From Octopus sinensis (taxonomy: Eukaryota), in the NCBI RefSeq assembly GCF_006345805.1, contig NW_021829957.1, positions 1 through 5,561 of the forward strand: a stretch of DNA of 5,561 bases. The letters run 5' to 3'. The position numbers were made by a program, and so were the translations under genes. How positions within the stretch are numbered: position 1 is the stretch's first letter; every line of letters begins with the position of its first letter. The notes under the pieces are model-generated. The model saw only the letters and a program-made list of their open reading frames with translations. It was not told where the DNA came from and did no database searches. Below, piece by piece: positions 1 through 5,561 of this stretch.

Positions 1-75
1 TTAGTACTGGGGTCGACATGATCGACTATCTCCCTAACCCAAACTCCAGGCCTTGTGCCTATAGTAGAAAATATT
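1..75 (+). mobile_element. 3' end of a SINE, cut by the window edge
   Basis: TACTGGGGTCGA-CATGA-TCGACT (5-27) resembles the tail motif of the minus-strand SINEs at 1924-2334 and 5326-5561 (CCTGGGATCGA-TTTGC-TCGACT). It ends in an (ATT/AT)-rich tail. Assignment as an octopus SINE 3' end is from memory. Confidence 0.5.
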
Positions 76-212
76 ATATATACATTTTATATGTGTATAT
101 ATATATGCAAAAAAGGGTGAAATATAATTAATTTAATAAAATTAATAAATTTCACCTAAGATTTATCGGTATGGAAAAGACCATATTTGGTAAGGGTTAT
201 AATAATTATAAT

Positions 213-341
213 TAAGGGTTAATTGCAAACAAGTTGCCAAAACCACATATCGAAAATATTAGAAATAGCTGCCAAAATTGATCACTATTTCCTCTATATT
301 TTCGGTATGTGGTTTTGAGCAACTTGTTGCAATTAACCCTA
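213..341. mobile_element. Palindromic MITE-like element, possibly hAT-derived
   Basis: Imperfect inverted arms of ~56 bp (213-268 and 285-341) surround a 16-bp spacer. Ends are TAAGGG...CCCTA. Flanking 8-mers are ATTATAAT (205-212) and ATTATAAA (342-349), 7/8 identical. Confidence 0.5.
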
Positions 342-350
342 ATTATAAAA

Positions 351-443
351 TATATGTATATTATATATATATATATATATATATGCACATAGATACACAT
401 ATATACATGTGTGTGTATGTATAGATACGATGTATATATATAG

Positions 444-493
<50 letters not shown>

Positions 494-535
494 GTATGTA
501 TGTATGGAGGTATATGTGCGTATGTGTATACGTAT
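351..535. repeat. (TA)n / (TATG)n compound microsatellite
   Basis: Long TA runs (361-383, 447-482) and TATG units are directly visible. Confidence 0.9.
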
Positions 536-574
536 ATCTTTATTATCGCTCTATCTTTTGACTTTAAGTCATTA

Positions 575-715
575 ACACACAGACACACACACACACTGTG
601 AGATTCTCTCGCTCTCTCTATCCTTCTGCTTCCCTCTCTCTCTCTCTCCTCTCTCTTATCATCTTTTGCTTCTTTCTGCGCTCTCGCTACCTTTCTCTTT
701 CTATCTTTCTCTTTT
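575..715. repeat. Short (CA)n followed by a (CT)-rich low-complexity pyrimidine tract
   Basis: ACACACAGACACACACACACAC at about 575-596, then CT/CTT-rich sequence to about 715. Confidence 0.75.
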
Positions 716-823
716 CATTACGTCACACCAGAAACCTGATATCCTAGTATCATCGCAGCGAAGAAGCTATCTCTATAAATCAAAAGCCTTCTATTTAAAA
801 ATACGCAACCTGCAGGCATCATT

Positions 824-1721
824 ACACACACACACACACACACATACATACACACACGCCCGTCCACACACATACACACACACGCATACACACACGCACG
901 CACACACACAGACACACACACACATACACACACGCACGCACACACACAGACACACACGCACATACATACACACACGCCCATCCACACACATACGCACACA
1001 CGCATACACACACGCACGCACACACACGCACACACGCATACACACACGCACGCACACACACAGACACACACGCACACACATACACACGCCCGTCCACACA
1101 CATACACACATACGCATACACACACATACACACAGATACACACGCACATATACACACGCCCGTCCACACACATACACACACACGCATACACACACACACT
1201 TACACACAGACACACACGCACATACACACACGCCCGTCCACACACATACACAAACACGCATACACACTCATACATACACGCACGCATAAGCACACAGACA
1301 CTCACGCACATACATACACACACGCCCGTCCACACACATACACACACACATACACACAGACACACACGCACATACACACGCGCCCGTCCACACATACACA
1401 CACACGCATACACACTCACACACGCACGCACAAGCACACAGACACACACGCACACACATACACACACGCACGCACACACAGACACACACGCACATACATA
1501 CACACACGCCCGTCCACACACATACACACACACACGCACACACACAGACACACACACACATACACACACGCATACACACACACATACATACACACACGCC
1601 CGTCCACACACATACACACACACGCATACACACGCGCACGCGCACGCACATAGACACACACGCACATACATACACACACGCCCGTCCACACACATACACA
1701 CACACGCATACACACAGAACT

Positions 1722-1754
<33 letters not shown>
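824..1754. repeat. CA-derived higher-order minisatellite
   Basis: Near-continuous pyrimidine-purine alternation (CA/CG/TA). CGCCCGTCCA occurs at 857, 975 (variant CGCCCATCCA), 1087, 1157, 1231, 1323, 1381, 1507, 1597 and 1679. Confidence 0.95.
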
Positions 1755-1923
1755 CATATTTCATATTACTCACGTGTCACATACATCACAGCGAGGTAAT
1801 TACCCACGTGAACATTACTCATAAATTCGCACGTAGGTCATGTAATAAAACGTGCAAACATTACACATATATAACACATATCTCACACACATTGCGCATG
1901 CGTTCTATCTACCATTGGAAATA

Positions 1924-2334
1924 TACTCTTTACTCTTTTACTTGTTTCAGTCATTTGACTGCGGCCATGCTGGAGCACCGCCTTTTTAGTCGAGCAAATC
2001 GCCCCGGGACTTATTCTTATGTAAGCCCAGTACTTATTCTATCGGTCTCTTTTGCCGAACAGCTAAGTTACGGGGACGTAAACACACCACCATCGGTTGT
2101 CAAGCAATGCTAGGGGGACAGACACACACACACAAACATACACACACATACACACATATATATACATATATACGACAGGCTTTCTTTCAGTTTCCGTCTA
2201 CAAATCCACTCACAAGGCATTGGTCGGCCCGGGCTATAGCAGAAGACCACTGCCCAAGATGCCACGCAGTGGGGACTGACCCGGAACCGTGGGTTGGTTA
2301 GCAAGCTACTTACCACACAGCCACTCCTGCGCCT
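1924..2334 (-). mobile_element. Full-length tRNA-derived SINE with CORE-like segment (family 1)
   Basis: On the minus strand it starts AGGCGCAGGAGTGGCTGTGTGG (A-box-like) and has a degenerate B box, a (C/T)CTTGGGCA CORE-like start and an internal (TA)/(TG) microsatellite (about 2118-2172). The 3' end is GGCGGTGCTCCAGCATGGCCGCAG...GAAACAAG plus an (AAAAGAGT)n-type tail. Homologous segments lie at 2805-2983 and 5326-5561. Confidence 0.85.
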
Positions 2335-2335
2335 A

Positions 2336-2497
<162 letters not shown>

Positions 2498-2804
2498 TCA
2501 AAATAGATGTTGATATAGAATCCCCCACTTGGATCAAAAAATGTAGTATTAAAATTTCGGTCAGTTAAAAGTATAGTAATTGCTCGAGCGAGTACAAATT
2601 ATACAAGTGCATCATGCAAACCACCAGCACGGTCTGCATACATAATATACACCACACACACACACACAGAAACCTCACAACGCACATTTCATAGCCATTG
2701 CAAACCCCGCATATCGATCATACGCCCTTGCCAAATGCATGTTACACTCAAATATCGCATCTGTACACACACACACACAAAATGTGTATCATAATTACAC
2801 ATAT

Positions 2805-2983
2805 AGGCGCAGGAGTGGCTGTGTGGTAAGTAGCTTGCTTACCAACCACATGATGCTAGGTTCAGTCCCACTGCGTGACACCTTGGGCAAGTGTCTTCTA
2901 CTATAGCCTCGGGCCGACCAGAGCCTTGTAAGTAGATTTGGTAGGCGGAAACTGAAAGAAGCCTATCGTATACATATATATAT
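2805..2983 (+). mobile_element. 5' half of a family-1 SINE, truncated at its internal (TA)n
   Basis: A-box-like TGGCTGTGTGG (2816-2826), B-box-like GGTTCAGTCCC (2859-2869) and CCTTGGGCAAGT (2881-2892). About 85% identical, by hand alignment, to the reverse complement of 2170-2334. Confidence 0.85.
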
Positions 2984-3283
2984 ATGGCTCAGTGGCTAGG
3001 GCAGCGGACTCGCGATCGTAGGATCGCAGTTTCGATTCCCAGACCGGGCGTTGTGAGTGTTTATTGAGCGAAAACACCTAAAGCTCCACGAGGCTCCGGC
3101 AGGGGGTGGTGGCGACCCCTGCTGTACTCTTCGCCACAACTTTCTCTCACTCTTTTCTTCTGTTGGCCTGCTCGCTTCCAGCGGGGGTGGCGTCATTTGA
3201 AGGCTAAAACAATGCGAAGCGCATTGTGACCAGCGATGTGTAGCAACATCTGATAGCCTGGTCGGTCACGGTGATCACGGTGA
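2984..3283 (+). mobile_element. tRNA-derived SINE (family 2 head/body, tail type a)
   Basis: A box TGGCTCAGTGG (2985-2995) and B-box-like GTTTCGATTCC. The head lacks about 9 nt at the 5' end relative to the array units. It shares the body with 3946-4136 and ends in (TCACGGTGA)2 at 3266-3283. Confidence 0.8.
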
Positions 3284-3289
3284 TATATA

Positions 3290-3395
3290 TGAGGAGACTG
3301 GAACAACGTGAAATAAAGTGTCTCACTGCCAGGAATCAAACTCCCGACCTTGCGGTCGTGAGCCGAATACCTTAACCATTAAAACACGAGTCTCC
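3290..3395 (-). mobile_element. Degenerate tRNA-derived SINE head fragment (another family)
   Basis: Minus strand reads GGAGACTCGTGTTTTAATGGTTAAGGTATTCGGCTCACGACCGCAAGGTCGGGAGTTTGATTCC: degenerate A box and B box at tRNA-like spacing. It is 3' truncated at the (TA)n at 3283-3290. Confidence 0.6.
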
Positions 3396-3396
3396 A

Positions 3397-3505
3397 CATA
3401 TATGCATACATACATATATACATACATACATACATACATACTACATACATACATACATACATATATGCATACATACATACATACATACATACAAACATGC
3501 ATACA
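3397..3505. repeat. (TACA)n microsatellite
   Basis: More than 20 CATA/TACA units are directly visible. Confidence 0.9.
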
Positions 3506-3945
3506 CTGCCTAATGAATGAATGGACACCACCGTATTTCATTTTTGTATCTGGTTTGCAAGATTCATTATGTGAATTCGTGTGTAGAAATATATTCTGTT
3601 GTGTTTAAGGAGGGTCATCATGCCAATATACACGCACTGGTCTAATTCCTTTCATTTATTAAATATTCGATTTTTTGTGTTTTTTTCGGGGGTGGGAAGG
3701 TAGAAATTACTTTGGCAAAAAGAAAAAATGGATCTTTAATAGACGAGTGGAATTGAACCGGTGACTCTGTTTATTATAATGGCATGATGACTCTCTCTAG
3801 AGACACCATCGTATTGTTACACCAAAACGCTCTAAAATGACGTAATTGAAACGGCTGTGAAGTCGTCGTTTCAGCTTCGTCCTGCTGCAAAAAGTCCGAT
3901 CTAAGGCTGAATAAGAACAACACCACCACCAATAACAACATCAGT

Positions 3946-4330
3946 GGAGGCGCAGTGGACCAATGGTTAGGGTAACGGACTCGCGGTCGGAGGATCGCGG
4001 TTTCGATTCCCAGATCGGGCGTTGCGTGTGTTTATTGAGCGAAAATACCTAAAGCTCCACGAGGCTCTGGCAGGGGGTGGTGGCGAACCGTGTTGTATTC
4101 TTTCGCTCCAACTTTCTCTCACTCTTTCTTCCTGTTTCTTGTCCCCGACTTCCTACTCAACCGCTGAGCCTAGATGCGCATTGATCCATCCGTCGATGCT
4201 CTCGGTGTCGGGGGTTGACCTGCTTTCTCTTCTGCGGGTCTTACGAATAGCAAAGGACTACGTTTCGGACTTCTCCCATCTTGCGAGCTCTGGGACGAAG
4301 ACCGTTCGGTCAACAGCCACAGCAACAGCA
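3946..4330 (+). mobile_element. SINE array unit 1 (family 2 head/body, tail type b), 385 bp
   Basis: Starts GGAGGCGC. A-box-like TGGACCAATGG (3956-3966), tRNA-like head resembling tRNA-Arg spacing, B-box-like GGTTTCGATTCC. Ends in an AACAGCCACAGCAACAGCA tail. Confidence 0.85.
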
Positions 4331-4715
4331 GGAGGCGCAATAGCCCAATGGTTAGTACAGCGGACTCGCGGTCGGCGGATCGCGGTTTCGATTTCCAGAC
4401 CGAGCATTGTGTGTGTTTATTGAGCGAAAACACCTAAAGCTCCACGAGGCTCTGGCAGGGGGTGGTGGCGACCCCTGTTGTACTCTTTCACCCCAACTTT
4501 CTCTCACTCTTTCTTCTTGTTTCTTGTCCCCGACTTCCTAGGCAACCGCTGAGCCTAGATGCGCATTGATCCATCCGTCGATGCTCTCGGTGTTGGGGGT
4601 TGACCTGCTTTCTCTTCTGCGGGTCTTACGAATAGCAAAGGACTACGTTTCGGACTTCTCCCATCTTGCGAGCTCTGGGACGAAGACCGTTCGGTCAACA
4701 GCCACAGCAACAGCA
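4331..4715 (+). mobile_element. SINE array unit 2, 385 bp, chimeric
   Basis: Consensus A box TAGCCCAATGG (4341-4351). The 5' part matches unit 3 and the 3' part matches unit 1. Confidence 0.85.
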
Positions 4716-5135
4716 GGAGGCGCAATAACCCAATGGTTAGTACAGCGGACTCGCGGTCGGCGGATCGCGGTTTCGATTTCCAGACCGAGCGTTGTGTGTG
4801 TTTATTGAGCAAAAACACCTAAAGCTCCACGAGGCTCTGGCAGGGGGTGGTGGCGATCCCTGTTGTACTCTTTCACCCCAACTTTCTCTCACTCTTTCTT
4901 CTTGTTTCTTGTCCCCGACTTCCTACTCAACCGCTGAGCCTGGATGCGCATTCATCCATCAGTCGATGCTCTCGGTGTCGGGGGTTGACCTGCTTTCTTT
5001 TCTGCGGGTCTTACGAATAGCAAAGGACCGCGTTTCGGACTTCTCCCACTACAGACAATTCTGAGGCGCGATCTTGGGAGCTCTGGGATGAAGACCGATT
5101 CGCTCAACAAACAAATAAACAACAACAGCAATAAC
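4716..5135 (+). mobile_element. SINE array unit 3 with the longer tail
   Basis: Colinear with units 1 and 2 but has an extra 23 nt (5049-5071). Ends in an (AAC)-rich tail at about 5105-5135. Confidence 0.85.
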
Positions 5136-5325
5136 TAGAACAATGATAACTGACCCAACAATAACACTACATTAACAATGCACGCGTTTTATTCACTACC
5201 AGAAACCATACATGTCTAGGCGCTAATGCCGAATCACACTTCTCCCGTCAAAATGCATTCTTTTGAAAAAAAATTGTTCCGGATTTCTACGTCGGAGATT
5301 ACGAATATTCTAATTTTTTAAAAAA

Positions 5326-5561
5326 TTCTTTTATTCTTTTAATTTGTTTCAGTCATTTTACTGTGGCCATGCTGGAGCACCGCCTTTAGTCGAGCAAATC
5401 GATCCCAGGACTTATTCTTTGTAAGCCTAGTACTTATTCTATCGGTTTCTCTTTTGCCGAACCGATAAGTGACGGGGACGTAAACACACCACCATCAGTT
5501 GTCAAGTGATGTTGGGGGAACAAACACAGACACACAAACATACACACACGCACACATATAT
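5326..5561 (-). mobile_element. 3' half of a family-1 SINE; head lies beyond the window
   Basis: Colinear with 1924-2170 (TTGTTTCAGTCATTT...CCATGCTGGAGCACCGCC...GGGGACGTAAACACACCACCATC), with an (ATTCTTTT)2 tail. Confidence 0.85.

Noticed and set aside
116-156. 8-bp inverted repeat GGTGAAAT/ATTTCACC with an AT-rich spacer
   Set aside because: It is too short and AT-rich to distinguish from chance.
334-342. Telomere-like TAACCCTAA
   Set aside because: It is only 1.5 units and is explained by the inverted-repeat arm.
857-1688. CRISPR-like repeat-spacer appearance of the CGCCCGTCCA anchors
   Set aside because: The repeat is only 10 bp, the spacers are variable-length CA microsatellite similar to each other, there are no cas genes, and the context is eukaryotic.
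666-1757. Long ORFs on both strands (Thr-His and Cys-Val repeats, up to 331 aa)
   Set aside because: CA/TG alternation rarely produces stop codons, so overlapping ORFs appear in most frames; there is no domain-like sequence.
3946-4020. Functional tRNA genes at the heads of the units
   Set aside because: The acceptor and anticodon stems do not pair properly, and the heads run directly into SINE bodies.
4022-5064. Recurring 80-133 aa ORFs on both strands of the array
   Set aside because: They repeat because the DNA is tandemly duplicated. They cross SINE head/tail junctions, several use non-ATG starts, and they show no RT or endonuclease motifs.
3946-5135. Retrozyme or Penelope-like hammerhead array (385-bp tandem units; CGAAACG on the minus strand at about 4261-4267)
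   Set aside because: I found no CTGANGA core on either strand, and no twister-like motifs by eye. A covariance-model search would be decisive.
3660-5310. Short inverted matches between 3662-3707 and 5283-5309 (AATATTCG/CGAATATT, GTAGAAAT/ATTTCTAC) as possible transposon ends around the array
   Set aside because: The spacing is inconsistent and the intervening sequence does not align. These stretches may be old repeats, but I cannot classify them.

Overview
Non-coding, repeat-dense eukaryotic window with no credible protein-coding gene; every ORF in the track falls in microsatellite, low-complexity or repeat-derived sequence. It holds nine tRNA-derived SINE copies or fragments from about four families, (TA)n/(CA)n/(TACA)n microsatellites, a 930-bp CA-derived minisatellite with ten CGCCCGTCCA anchors, and a ~130-bp palindromic MITE-like element. 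The SINEs resemble, from memory and not from a database search, those of Octopus/coleoid genomes. The most informative structure is a head-to-tail SINE trimer at 3946-5135. Its middle unit is a mosaic (head like unit 3, tail like unit 1), and it shares head and body, but not tail, with a solo SINE at 2984-3283. I found no convincing new system: no complete ribozyme, CRISPR array or gene.
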